Shown: in pieces, positions 11,497 through 23,460 of the stretch
Layout: each line of letters begins with the position of its first letter
Numbering within the stretch: the stretch's first letter is position 1
Program-made: the position numbers and the translations under genes
Notes under the pieces: generated by a model
Database searches by the model: none
What the model saw: only the letters and a program-made list of their open reading frames with translations
What the model was told of the DNA's origin: nothing
Source of the DNA: Squalus acanthias
Taxonomy: Eukaryota
Length of the DNA stretch: 64,000 nt
NCBI GenBank assembly: GCA_030390025.1
Contig: CM059426.1
Span: 196,478,001 to 196,542,000, forward strand
Reading direction: 5' to 3'

Positions 11497-12440
11497 AACA
11501 TAAGAACATAAGAACATAAGGATTACAGGGTCAACGGCAGGGTTCTGAGGAACGTGGAGTAACAGATGGATCTGGGGGTTCACATCCACAGATCTCTGAA
11601 GGTTGCCACTCAAGTGGATAGAGCAGTAAAGAAGGCCTATAGTGTGTTAGCGTTTATTAACAAGGGGTTTGAGTTTAAGAACCGTGAGGTTATGCTGCAA
11701 CTGTACAGGACCTTGGTGAGACCACATTTGGAATATTGTGTGCAGTTCTGGTCACCTCACTATAGGAAGGATGTGGAAGCATTGGAAAGAGTGCAACGGA
11801 GATTTACCAGGATGCTGCCTGGTTTGGGGGGGAGGTCTTATGAGGAAAGATTGAGGGAGCTAGGGCTTTTCTCTTTAGAGCGGAGGAGGATGAGAGGTGA
11901 CTTAATAGAGGTTTATAAGATGATGAGGGGGATAGATAGAGTGGATGTTCAGAGACTATTTCCTCGGGTGGATGTAACTGTTACAAGGGGGCATAACTAT
12001 AAGGTGCATGGGGGGAGATATAGAAGGGATGTCCGAGGTAGATTCTTAACTCAGAGAGTGGTTGGGGTGTGGAATGGACTGCCTGCTGTGATAGTGGAGT
12101 CGGACACTTTAGGAACTTTCAAGCGGTTATTGGATAAGCACATGGAGCACACCAGAATGATAGGGAGTGGGATAACTTGATCTTGGTTTCGGACAATGCT
12201 CGGCACAACATCGAGGGCCGAAGGGCCTGTACTGTGCTGTACTGTTCTATGTTCTATGTTCTATAAGAAATAGGAGCTATAGTAGGTCATTTGGCCCTTT
12301 GAGCCTGCTCCGCCATTCAATAAGATCATGGCATATCTTCTACCTCAACTCCACCTTCCTGCACTATCCCCATATCCCTTAATCACCTTAGTTCCCAAAA
12401 TTTATCGACCTCTGTGTTGAATATACTCAACGACTGAACG
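11497..12440 (-). mobile_element. Older CR1 3' end split by the young CR1
   Basis: (AACATAAG)n tail at 11497-11520 continues at 12263 with ataagaaatagg...gagcctgctccgccattcaataagatcatgg. Confidence 0.75.
11521..12262 (+). mobile_element. Young 5'-truncated CR1 LINE with an open ORF2 C-terminus
   Basis: 204-aa ORF 11566-12180 (DLGVHIHRSLK...LYRTLVRPHLEYCVQFWSP...WNGLP), (TTCTATG)n tail, TSD ATAAG at 11516-11520 and 12263-12267. Confidence 0.93.
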
Positions 12441-12639
12441 ACTTTGAGTCAATGACTTTGATGACAGATTGAAGAGTGGATCCCAGATGGGAATCTTGAT
12501 TTTTAAGCAAGACTTCCTCAGCTGATGTTTACATTCAGCATCATCAGTGTGATGAGCCTTATTGTCGGAGGTGCCTTCATAGATGTTATAGATATTCGCC
12601 ATGTTATCTTATCTTGAGAACGTTTTCACCACTTATGGA

Positions 12640-13730
12640 TGTCTATTTTGCACTAGGAAGACATTAGAGAAACATTCAAATCATGGAGACAGTGCAGAGA
12701 AGAGTTGTGAGGCTGATCTTTAGGGCTGGATTTTCTCAATGGAGACGTGCTGGAGGCGGGACTTCTAGTTTCCGGGTTTCAGTCCCGCCTCCAGCGACGT
12801 CTGACCAACCCACGCTATTTTCCCTTGATTGGCCTTGTTAAGCCCGCCCTGCGGGGTTACTGGCCAATTAAGGGAAAGCCGGTGACAGATGATGCTTCAT
12901 CTGTCGAAACAATTTTGACAGATGAATTGTCAGCTTTTGACAGCTTTGAGAAGCCCTTGCACACAGGTGCACCAAGACCTCTCTCCTCAGCAGAAAGCAA
13001 ATAGCTGCTGCATCTGAGAATGCAGCAGCCATTCTGTCATCTCTGCTGTTGAGATGAGGCACCTCCAGATCCTCAAAGGTTGAAGCCTGCAGAAAGAAGC
13101 AAAGGTAAGGAAACTTTTTCCAACACTTTACACTCACCTCTCATACTTACCTCTCCACACTTGCACCCATCACTCACCTCTACAGCTGACATTTCAACCC
13201 CTCTTACCCCCTCACTGCTCGCCTTGCTGACCCTGGCGTAAAATGGTGAAAAGCCTCTTAACTGCCTGTTGACTACCTGTTAACAGGCAGTTAATTGGCT
13301 CTAAGCCCCTTCCCGCCTCGAGGAGAAGGGTCCCTGCGCAAGTCGGGGACCCGCCTCCTGGGAAGATGGTTCGGAGGTGGGTTGGGAGTGGGGTTGGGAC
13401 CCGCTCCCAATTTTTCCCATTTTCCCAGCAGTCCCGCCTCCAAACCCACCTCCTCAGGGCTGGTAAAATCCAGCCCTTAGTGTCAAAGGATTGAGTTATG
13501 AGGAAAAACTGGAGCAACTCCTTAAAAGTAGGGAACTGAGTGAAGATCTTATTAAAGAATATGATAGTATAAGCATAGATAAAGTTAATCTAGAACGTCA
13601 CTTCAAGCTATGCTAGGAGTATTAGAACAAGTGGGTATGGGTTAAACTGCTGAATGGACAATTTAGGACTGCTGTCAGGAATTACAAAGAATGATTAACA
13701 CTTGGAATAGCCTTCTGAATACATTAGACT
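12640..13730 (+). mobile_element. Old CR1 fragment, host of MITE copy 2
   Basis: Degenerate RT C-terminal coding sequence on both sides of the MITE. Confidence 0.6.
12723..13476. mobile_element. Harbinger-type MITE, copy 2, inserted in an old CR1
   Basis: TIR GGGCTGGATTTT / AAAATCCAGCCC and TSD TTA (12720-12722, 13477-13479). Removing it restores the CR1 frame VQRRVVRLIFSVKGLSYEEKLEQ. Confidence 0.9.
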
Positions 13731-14329
13731 CATTAAAAAGACGTAATGGTGTAATGTACGTGTTATTCGGGATGGACTTCATCTACATCTTTCCTGAAAT
13801 CCCGTGGAAGAAAAATTAAACATTTCAATTTCCTACAGCCACTCAAACTAATAAAGTAATTTATATTCTCTTCCAATATGATTATTCACAGCATATGCCC
13901 ATACTGGTTACATTGCTATGCGCTGAGTAAATGGAAAACAATTGCGTGCGGGAGCAATTGCATGGCAATTATCTAAGTCAAGGGATTTGCCATTCCTAAC
14001 TGTTAACTGAGCTCTGAGGTTAAATTTTGGCCTTAGTGAAATTACTGAATGTTACTTCTGGGAGTATATACTATTTGATTTTATGCAAGAGTTCTATTCA
14101 GTTTTAATAGAGGCTTTTTGCATTAGGAATCACAACAATCACCTACCTGGTAATTAATACCAAGTGTGTTTCATGTCATTGGTGCAGGATAATATTCACA
14201 CTGCATGATATCATTGGGTATATTTTCCTGTATGTAAAGTTAAAGAATTATTGTTTTATTAAATGTTCATTCGTTTATAATGGCAGTTCAGTAAAAATAT
14301 TATTCTTCACACACAGAGGGAAATACATA

Positions 14330-14710
14330 AAGAAAGAACTTACATTTATATAGCGCCTTTCACAACCTCAGGACATCCCAAAGCACTTTACAGCCAATGA
14401 AGTACTTTTGAAGTGAAGTCACTGTTGTAATACAGTAAACGTGGCAGCTAATTTGTGCACAGCAAGATCCCACAAACAGCAGTGAGGTAATGATCAGCTA
14501 ATATGTTTTTAGTGATATTGATTGAGGGATAAATGTTAGCCAGGACATCGGAGAGAAATCCCCTGATCTTCTTCGAAATAACACCATGGGATCTTTTATG
14601 TCCACCTGAGAGAGCAGACGGGAGCCTCAGTTCAATGTCTCATCCAAAAGACGGCACCTCCGACAGTGCAGCACTCCCACAGTACTGCACTGGAGTGTCA
14701 GCCTGGATTA
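14330..14710 (-). mobile_element. Deu-domain SINE, 5'-truncated
   Basis: Homologous to 9204-9560. Confidence 0.85.
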
Positions 14711-16229
14711 GGTGCAAGTTTATCAAGAAACAATCTAAGATTGATTATTGGGATATTTGATAATCAGCGAAGGTAATTATCAGCGGATCGCCCGCCCATT
14801 TCAAATCATTTTAACGGCAATGAAAATCGGACAGGTTCTACAATGGGCGGATGATCTGCTCCATCAGTTTAACAACCAAGTGGTGAAGGTGAAAATTACT
14901 CCCAATTTAAAAATGATCATTTACCCGAGAATAGACACAGAATTAGTATTAAATAAAAAGAGAAAGTGCTGGAAATGAACAGCAGTTCTGATGACGACTC
15001 ACACCCAAACCTATATTTCTCCTTCAGGTGCTGCTCTTCTGTTTTTATTTCTGATTTCCAGCATTTGTAATATTTCTTTTTATCCCTATTTAATCTACAC
15101 CTATTGCGTAATGATAAACCTTGTTCATTGCTCCATGGCCAATGTCTTCTTGTTTTCTAGACGCAATGAAATGAATTAAGCACACAACCCAACGCAGTAA
15201 CACTGTCACAAGCACCTAGCATCGTCATATTATCTACTGCTTGTGCACATATGCTCTGTAATGTCTGCAATGCCATCAAAAGGATGGACTGCTATTAAGA
15301 ATAGCCATAGGCTGTTCCTGGCTGTTTAAATTATGATACAAATGCCCAAACTCCCTTGCGGGATACTACAGAGCTGTTAAGTGTATGACTGCTGATGTTA
15401 TTTCCTGCTGCAACTCAGCTTTCAAGACAACATTTCGGATCCCTTCAAAGGCAGTTTTAGTGCAGCTGGCTGTTCCTCTATTACTTCCATCCTACTAAAC
15501 ACCTATCCAAATACACAATACACAATACTGTACTGGTTGCAACAACCCAGTTACATTAAGGAAATTCTAACTTTCTGCCATTGGAGTATTCGAAATCTTG
15601 TCTAACTATATGTCAGATCTAAGGCAACTCCTGAGTGTAACAGACAAATGCTCTGAAAACTAGAAATTCAAAGAGTTTATTGACTGCCTTTACAAACATA
15701 GGCATACTAGCATATCTGTGGGATATTAAGTATAAGGTGCAATAGAAAGATTATTGGTTAGAGATGGTTGGAATTTAATTTAAGAAAAAAAAGTTGACTT
15801 CTAGTCTGTGGTTTAGCTCTGGACTGCACTCAGTTTTCAAAAGCTACCCTTAAATGACGAAGTGAAGTGTTTTATTTGGCAGAAGATTGGGACATTTCTG
15901 CCTTATTCACACACTAATAATGGATGACTATTCCAGTCAGAAACAAAATCCTTGGTATACTGTAGGTAGCAGTGTTTAATGCAGAAGTGCCTTATTATCT
16001 TACTTTGTTTGAATGATAGTTTAATATGTAGGCAACTATCATTAAACAGCTCAAACTAACATTAAACAGCTCAATTCTTGGAGCTTTGGTTGGCTAAAAT
16101 TGGGGAGTTCGCAGCCACCCCTGTTATGAAATGGAGCGACAGGAATTGTTTATCAGACCCAACACTGGATTGATCTGGAGGGAAAGTCAAAATAGGCTGG
16201 GAATCATGGAAGACTTTGTCAGCAGAGTC

Positions 16230-17786
16230 AGTCTGGTGGACATTTGAAAATAAGTTTTTTCTTCTTCCTGTCCTAGCCCTGAACTCGCAACTTTCTCTAG
16301 TTTCTCTCCTATCTCCCCTCATGCCTGCTCCAAGTTCATCTTGTCCATGAGACCCGCCTTTTGCTCTCCCACTAAATTGCTGACTACCCAACTTCCCTTC
16401 CTAGCCCCCATGCTAGCTCATATTGTTAACAGTTCCCTCTCCTCAAGTACTGTCTCCCTAACATACAAACCTGCCATCATCACCCCTCTTCTCAAAAAAA
16501 CCCTTCACCCCTCTATCCTTGCAAACTACTGCCCCATCTCCAATCTCCTTTTCCTCCCCAGTCCTTGAACGTCTTGTCACTTCCCAAATCTGGGCCCATC
16601 TTTCCTGCAACTCCATGTTTGATCCTTTCCAGTCACTCTGTGACTGTGACCATGGTGCACCATCCCTCCTTATCCTTCTCGATCTCTTAGCAAACTTTGA
16701 CATGGCTGACCGTACCATCCTCCTCCAATGCTTCCGTTGTCCAGCTGAGTGGGACTGCACTTGCCTGGTTCACGCTTACCTATCCAATCGTAACCCGAGA
16801 ATCTCCTGCAACGGCTTCTATTCCCACCCCCCGTACCGTTACCTCTGGAGTCCCCCAAGGATCTATCTACAACAAAACAAAAAAGCAGATTATCTGGTTA
16901 TTATCACATTGCTGTTTGCGGAAGCTTGCTGCCATGTTTCCTACATTACAACAGTGACTACACTTCAAAAAGTACTTCATTGGCTGTAAAGCGCTTTGGG
17001 ACATCTGGTTGTCGTGAAAGAACATCCGAAGACATGACGTCAGGTTCCACATGTACACTGACAACACCCAGCTCTACCTCACCACCACAACATCCTATTT
17101 GACCCTGAGCTGAGCATCTGATCCTATATCCTCTCCATCACAAAGACTGCCTACTTCCACCTCTGTAACATTGCCTGTCTCTGCCCCGCCTCAGCCCATC
17201 TACTGCTGAAACCCTCATCAATGCTTTTGTTACCTCTAGTCTCGACTATCCTAATGCTCCCCTGGACGGCCTTCCATCTACCGCCCTCCGTAATCTTGAG
17301 CTCATCCAAAACTCTGCTGCCCGTGTCCTAAGTCGCATCAAGTCCCGTTCACTCATCACCCCTGTGCTCGCTGACCTACATTGGATCCCGGTTCTCATCC
17401 TCATGATCAAATTCCTCCATGACCTCACCCCTCCCTAACTCTGAACCTTTTCCAGCCCTACAAACTTCTAAGCACTCTGCGTTCCTCCAACTCTGGCCTC
17501 TTGTGCATCCTCCACTCCCTTTGCTCTACCATTGGTGGCAGTGCCTTCAGCCATCTAGGCCTTAAGATCTGGAATTCCCTCCCTAAACCTCTCCGCCTCT
17601 CCACCTCTCTCCCCTCCTTTAACATGCTCCTTAAAATCTAACTCTTTGACCAAGCTTTTAGTCACCCATCCTAGTATCTCCTTCTTTGGCTCGGTGTGAA
17701 CTTTTGTCTCCTGATTATGCTCCTGTGAAGCGTATTGAAACGTTTTACTACATTAAAGGCGCTATATAGATGCAAGTTGATGTTGG
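16230..17786 (+). mobile_element. L2 LINE fragment with a SINE 3' piece inside (about 16868-17020)
   Basis: RT relics PAIITPLLKK..LANYCPISNL, LLILLDL..FD and SGVPQGS; 3' end aaggcgctatatagatgcaagttg. Confidence 0.85.
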
Positions 17787-18273
17787 TCTCAACATTAACT
17801 TTATACATGCATGAGGTCTAACCAAAGGTTGTGCAAGCTTCAGTCAGCTCTGACACTGGTCAAATTTTGATGTGTGACAATGAACTTGAGGAATGAGGAG
17901 ATAAGCTCTTCAGTTGAATGTTGTTTGGGAGTGGATTTCTCCCAATCTAGTGGAGCTCCATTCAAGTGAGATGTGGAATGTGATTTGCTCAAGAACCTAT
18001 TAGATGTAAGGAATAGTTGGAGATTATCATTGAGAACTTGAGAGGGGGCAATCAAGTAATTTCAACAAGTGTGTCAGGAGTTTCACCTGCTTCATAATCA
18101 AAATCTATTCAAATATTTCCCTACATCAAAGACATCAAAGTAGGGCGCCGCCATCTGGGACACATCTCATTGTCTTGGCTGTGCTCTTAGTGTGTCTTTG
18201 ATGTAGGGAAATATTTGAATAGATTTTGTCTGTGTTTAAATTGTGAATTCTGGGAGATTCTCTCACTGCTAAC

Positions 18274-18311
18274 TTACCTGAGGAAGGAGCGACAGCTCCG
18301 AAAGCTTGTAA
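18274..18311 (+). ncRNA. Minimal hammerhead ribozyme motif in Penelope-like fragment 18099-18366
   Basis: UUAC-CUGAGGA-A-GGAGC gaca GCUCC-GAA-AGCU-U-GUAA. Confidence 0.72.
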
Positions 18312-18624
18312 AATTAAATAAATCTGTTGGACTATAACCTGGTGTTGTGCGACTTCTCATTTTTGTTTGTAAAAGAAATGTTTAAACAAGTCACATAGAA
18401 AGAAGACTCAATCCCCAATCTGTGCTGAATTAACAGATCTGGGGGAATAAATTACCCTTTTTATTGTTTGGTTTTGTGAGGGGGCAGCTGATTCCTCAAT
18501 TATATTGGTAGCTTTTACCTGTCTAGTGACAATTGACTGTTTGAGCAAATCAGTAGTTATTTAAACCATTCATTAAATCATGATGCTACAGACACATTTA
18601 AGATGTAATGGTGCTCGATGCCAG

Positions 18625-19050
18625 GGGCTAGAATTTCTGCTTTGGGTACGATCGGGAAATTATGCCCAAAATGTGTTAGAAATTACTGAACCATTTACTA
18701 GTTTCATTAGCGTACACTAGTCAGTTTCTTAGTCAATTAAATATTATTTGGTATGAAAAAACTTTTAAAACATGCCTGGGCACCTAAAAAATTGAGTGCA
18801 ATTTGAAGAGCCTTCCTGAACCAGCGCAATCAGCGGAATCTTGCAATGCCGACCCGGGGGGGCGTGGCCAGTATTGTGGGCGGGGCCTGATCTGGGCAAA
18901 TTGCATCTTGAACCAGAATAAAAGATTGCGGAAAACAGGAACGTAAGTGCTTTGAGGCGTAACTCACTTTTAAAATGCCTCGATCTTTTTGGCTGAATTT
19001 GCCCGTATTACACTGATATTACTAGCATAAACTAGCAGAAACTCTACCCC
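18625..19050. mobile_element. Harbinger-like MITE, different family
   Basis: TIR GGGCTAGAATTTCTGCT / AGCAGAAACTCTACCCC; flanks CAG and AAG (3 bp, 1 mismatch). Confidence 0.65.
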
Positions 19051-19251
19051 AAGATGTTAAATTATTTCGATGGATTCTCTAATATGTGATTACAGTAATA
19101 AATGAATGGTACAAATAAATGAAAAATGATATTTCCTTGTAAATTACTACAATTTCCAAAGAACTTAAGAACATGTAAGTCTAATCTATTAATCTATTAT
19201 TTACTTAACAAGAATTATTCTGTTTACCAATTCAGAGGGGGTCTTTTAAAG

Positions 19252-19700
19252 TGTCAGCTGTGGCTCAGCTGTAGCACTCTCACCCCTGAGTCAGAAGGCT
19301 GTGGGTTCAAGTCCCACTCCAGAGACTTGAGCACATAATCTAGGCGAACACTTCAGTGCAGTACTGATGGAGTGTTGCACTGTCTTTTGGATGACATGTT
19401 AAACCGAGGCCCCATCTGCTCTCTCAGGTGGATGTAAAAGATCCCATGGCACTATTTCGAAGAAGAGCAGGGAAGTTCTCCCTGGTGTCTTGGCCACTAT
19501 TTAGTGCTCAACCAACATCACTAAAACAATTATCTGGTCATTTATCTCATTGCTGTTTGTGGGAGCTTGCTGTGCGCAAATTGGCTGTTGCGCTTCCTAC
19601 ATTACAACAGTGACTACACTCCAAAAGAACTTCATTGTCTGTAATGGGCTTTGGGACGGCGTGAAAGGTGTTATATAAATGCAAGTCTTCCTTTCTTTTC
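19252..19700 (+). mobile_element. Deu-domain SINE, full length
   Basis: Same family: tgtcagctgtggctcag...ttatataaatgcaagtcttcc. Confidence 0.85.
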
Positions 19701-21070
19701 TATCTTATTGCATTACTTGAAGAATTTTCCATTGTCATAAATTTTAATATTTATTGCTAGCTTTGTGATACAGTACTTGAAGCCCAAATAACCCAATGGT
19801 ATTTGCCTTATTTACACCTTTAGGTGGGCAGAGAAAATATTTTAATCACGATCATAGATTCAAACTTTATTTTAAAAAACTTCTTTATGTTATGACTGAG
19901 TTAATATTAGTTATTAACCAGTAACGTCATCGATCTTTGATGTAAGTGTAACTAATTATTTGATCACTTTTGATAACTATGAATTTATTTTCTATACATA
20001 TTATCTATGTTGTACTGTAAATTTTTTCTACATACTGTTCTTGATGTGTTACTTAATGTTAGACATTCCCATAATGTAGCAATTTTCTATGAGTCATTAA
20101 TTCTGCAATGGAAGGAAAAATTTCGGGTCAAGCAAATGAATTGTTTTTGGCAGCAGTTACTTATCTCTGAAAAATTGTGCATACACTTCCAACACACACT
20201 CGCCTTCTTTTGTGTGTACCATTTGAAAGTACAGTCTAAGTACATTAAAAACTTTGCAGAGAAGACTAATTTTCAAATGTGTTTAAACACTGTAACTTCA
20301 ACACAACAGTTAAATATTAATTTTACAGTTATTCTTCTCTATTGTTTGCAATAAAGTGCAAATAGCTTTATGTGGTGCTTATATGTCAGTCAAACCACAA
20401 AGCCTCCAATCAAGTTTAGCCCTAAATGTTTCGGACAGAACCACATTGTTAAATTATGTTATTTTTTCTTTAATGCAGTCACATAATTTGTTCTGAAAAG
20501 ATATCCCATACCTGTACTATTTGCACACCTCTTTGCAATGATCCGATGATTAGGAAAGTAGGCAACAATGTATATTGAAATCCTCAAACTAGTTTTACAG
20601 ATTAATTGTGATAGTTTATGAGTTCTTACATGACCACTATGGGCACACATTTTCATTGTGCTAAAGTATGCACTGAATGAATGCTCCAGTATGTGTTATG
20701 TTGAAATAGTGACCCGTGAGCTGATTAAAATACTCAAGCTTATATTTTACCTTATAAAGTATTTTCTGGACGACTCATGCCAATGCTCCTCTTAAATTTA
20801 TAAACCTCTCATCTGACTCATCTCTGGTCAACCTCTGCATCAAAATAATTAAACATTTTGAACATTTATGGGGCAAATTAATAGATCTCAACCAGGGGGT
20901 CGAGCAAATGGCCTTAATGCCCTGGGATAGGGTAGGGAAAACTAGCCAGGGTTCTCACTCTTGACCCTGTCCAGTGGTCTGCGCTAGAAAATCGTGGTCT
21001 GGTCATTTAAATATATGGTGCAGGTAGCTCAAGCCAGTAAGTGTACATCAGAAGCACCTACCCAGACAGC

Positions 21071-21896
21071 TGTGGTAAAAGTACATATGACAAACACAAG
21101 TTATATAAAAGGGAGAATTGGCTCCGCGCAGGCTGAAACAAGGACTGTTAAATTACACCTCATTAAAGACCCCAAAAGAAGGACAGATCACCATAGTAAC
21201 TTGCAGAACCTGGCTCCAGACTGGATGAAGGCCTAATTAACTTGGCTACACGAAAGACACTGAAAGAAAACAAATGGAGCGCCAATCAATCCTCGGGTTG
21301 TACTTGTAAAAGCCTATTGTTGGTAAGCAACCGCCCCAGAGGTGTGGTTAACAAAATTAAAAAGACTATTCAAAATACAACCATGTAGAGGCAGGGTTCG
21401 CTTCCTCACTGCTCTACCTCACCACTTTCTACCTGGATGCAGGCTTACAGATTGCTTCTGGAATGGCTGACCTGACCACGAGAGAAAGCTACGTGCTACA
21501 CTACGACTCCTGTCCATCAAGAGATTTAGAGGGCCTTAACAAGCCTGAGCCAACCATGAGTAAAAACTTTTGTTAAGGGGTTAAGGGGTTAATCTAAGAT
21601 AGACCTTTTGTTTTCCAAAAGGTTATGCATTTTGGGGAGTCAGAAGGTATTGGTTATTTTTAGTGTTGTTAAAGCAATTCTAAATCGTGCATGAATCGAA
21701 GATGTTGTTTAATTCTGATGTTGATTTTCTAGTATATAATAAATTATTGTTTTCTTTACAAAGCCCTGGTTTATGCTTGAAGTTTCTTCAGGAAAAAGAG
21801 CCCATTAAGTTAAATATAAAATTTAAATTGTGTGGAGATAAAAAGGCATTTCCCCAAATTAAAGAATAAAATCCCTTTGCGCCTTTTGTCCCTACA
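21071..21896 (+). mobile_element. Probable second solo LTR
   Basis: Termini TGTGGTAAAAG ... CTTTTGTCCCTACA; 4-bp flanks CAGC / CAAC (1 mismatch); AATAAA motifs near the 3' end. Confidence 0.5.
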
Positions 21897-23248
21897 CAAC
21901 TCACCTGAAATTCGGAGCAGCCCCATGCTGCTCCAATGGCTGAATGAAGGACTAGGAAGGATTGTAGATGTAAGGCTGTCAGTTTATCTTTAGAATGCCC
22001 ATATCCTGAAATGTAATGAAACTCCTCTGGGATAAATTAACTTTGCCAGCAGAACTTTTAAGGCCCCCTGAGCAGAACGCATGCCATCAGTGGTGAGAAT
22101 AGCCCTCTGGCACCTCACCCATGTAAGCCTAGACAGTGAGTATCTGTGAGCTATTGAACTATGGAGGCATCACCAGAAAAACGAATTCAGGCCTTACTCA
22201 ATGCCCAGACATGTGCACTTTCCAGCAGGGCTCACTGGATAGTGATCAGGAATGGAAAAACCTGGCTGATTTCTCTCCTCCTTAGCTCAAGGACATTGAA
22301 ACCAATTGCATTGGCCTGACTGTCATCCAACTGAGATTAGTATACTTAGCACACATCAGATCTGATACCTTCCATATGGCTCTGTACCACACTGGGCAGC
22401 ACACCTACCCATTCAGCTGTCAAGGGTGCTTTTCTATCAGCTTTCTTGTTAAAGCAGTTTTAGCCAGTGCCGATGAAATATACACACAAAAATGCACACA
22501 GTAAATTTGAATAAAAGAAGATAAATTGTATACAGAGTGTTAAACTGAAGTTCTTCATTCATTTCTTCCCTGTTTGCACAATTACAGCATCAGTGTGGCA
22601 CGTAAAGATTTTTTTTTAAAAACACAATTTTTAGAATATTTATGAGCAGTATATTGGTATGTCCTTCTTTGCCACATGGGCTCGTTCCCAAAGGTGCCGT
22701 GCCAGCAAACTGCAAGACAAGAGTAAAAAGCATTGAACACATCACAAAAATACAATATTACCTGTGCATGCTTGTACAACTTCCATATCTACCAACCTCC
22801 TAATCTAGACAAATGAATACGGGCTCCGCCGTCATTAATACAGCATGGCCTTCCCAATGAAATATTCACTCTTCTCCACAGTTTCAGCCGTGGCTCAGTG
22901 GGTAGCACTCTCACCTCTGAGTCAAAGGTTGTGGGTTTAAGTCTCACTCCAGGGACTTGAGCATAAAATATAGGCTGACGCTTCAGTACAATACTGAGAG
23001 AGTGCTGCACTGTCAAAGGTCCTGTCTTTCGAATGAGACATTAAACTGTTGCCCCATCTGCCCTTTCAGGTGGATATAAAAGATCCCATGGTACTATTTC
23101 GAAGAAGAGCAGGGGAGTTCACCCCAGTGTCCTGGCCATTATTTATTGCTCAACCAACATCACTAAAACAGATTATCAGATCATTTATCGCATTGCTGTT
23201 TGTGGGCGCTTACTGTGTGTAAATTGGCTGCTGCGTTTCCTAAATTAC

Positions 23249-23460
23249 CCATGATGTGGAGATGTCAGTGTTGGACTGGGGTGGACAAATGTGAGAAGTC
23301 GCACAACACCAGGTTATAGTCCAACAGCTTTATTTGAAATCACAAGCTTTCGGAGCGCTGCTCCTTCGTCAGGTGAAGAAGGAGCAGCGCTCCGAAAGCT
23401 TGTGATTTCAAATAAAGCTGTTGGACTATAACCTGGTGTTGTGCGACTTCTCACATTTGT
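23249..23460. mobile_element. Penelope-like insertion forming an inverted repeat
   Basis: Perfect 85-bp arms at 23283-23367 and 23378-23462 with a 10-nt loop; TSD CCTAAATTAC at 23239-23248 and 23461-23470. Confidence 0.8.
23340..23376 (-). ncRNA. Minimal type I hammerhead ribozyme motif
   Basis: UCAC-CUGACGA-A-GGAGC agc GCUCC-GAA-AGCU-U-GUGA: intact core, stems I and II, and a palindromic short stem III. Confidence 0.75.

Noticed and set aside
11566-12180. 204-aa ORF as a host gene
   Set aside because: It is the C-terminus of CR1 ORF2 in a 5'-truncated insertion with a TSD.
16040-16074. 15-bp direct repeat CATTAAACAGCTCAA (also CACTGTGGATGGGG at 62687 and 62747)
   Set aside because: These are simple local duplications with nothing element-like between the copies.
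19252-19330. tRNA genes (also at 9590-9656, 22882-22950 and 31450-31521)
   Set aside because: They are tRNA-derived SINE heads continuous with SINE bodies, and I could not build a full cloverleaf.
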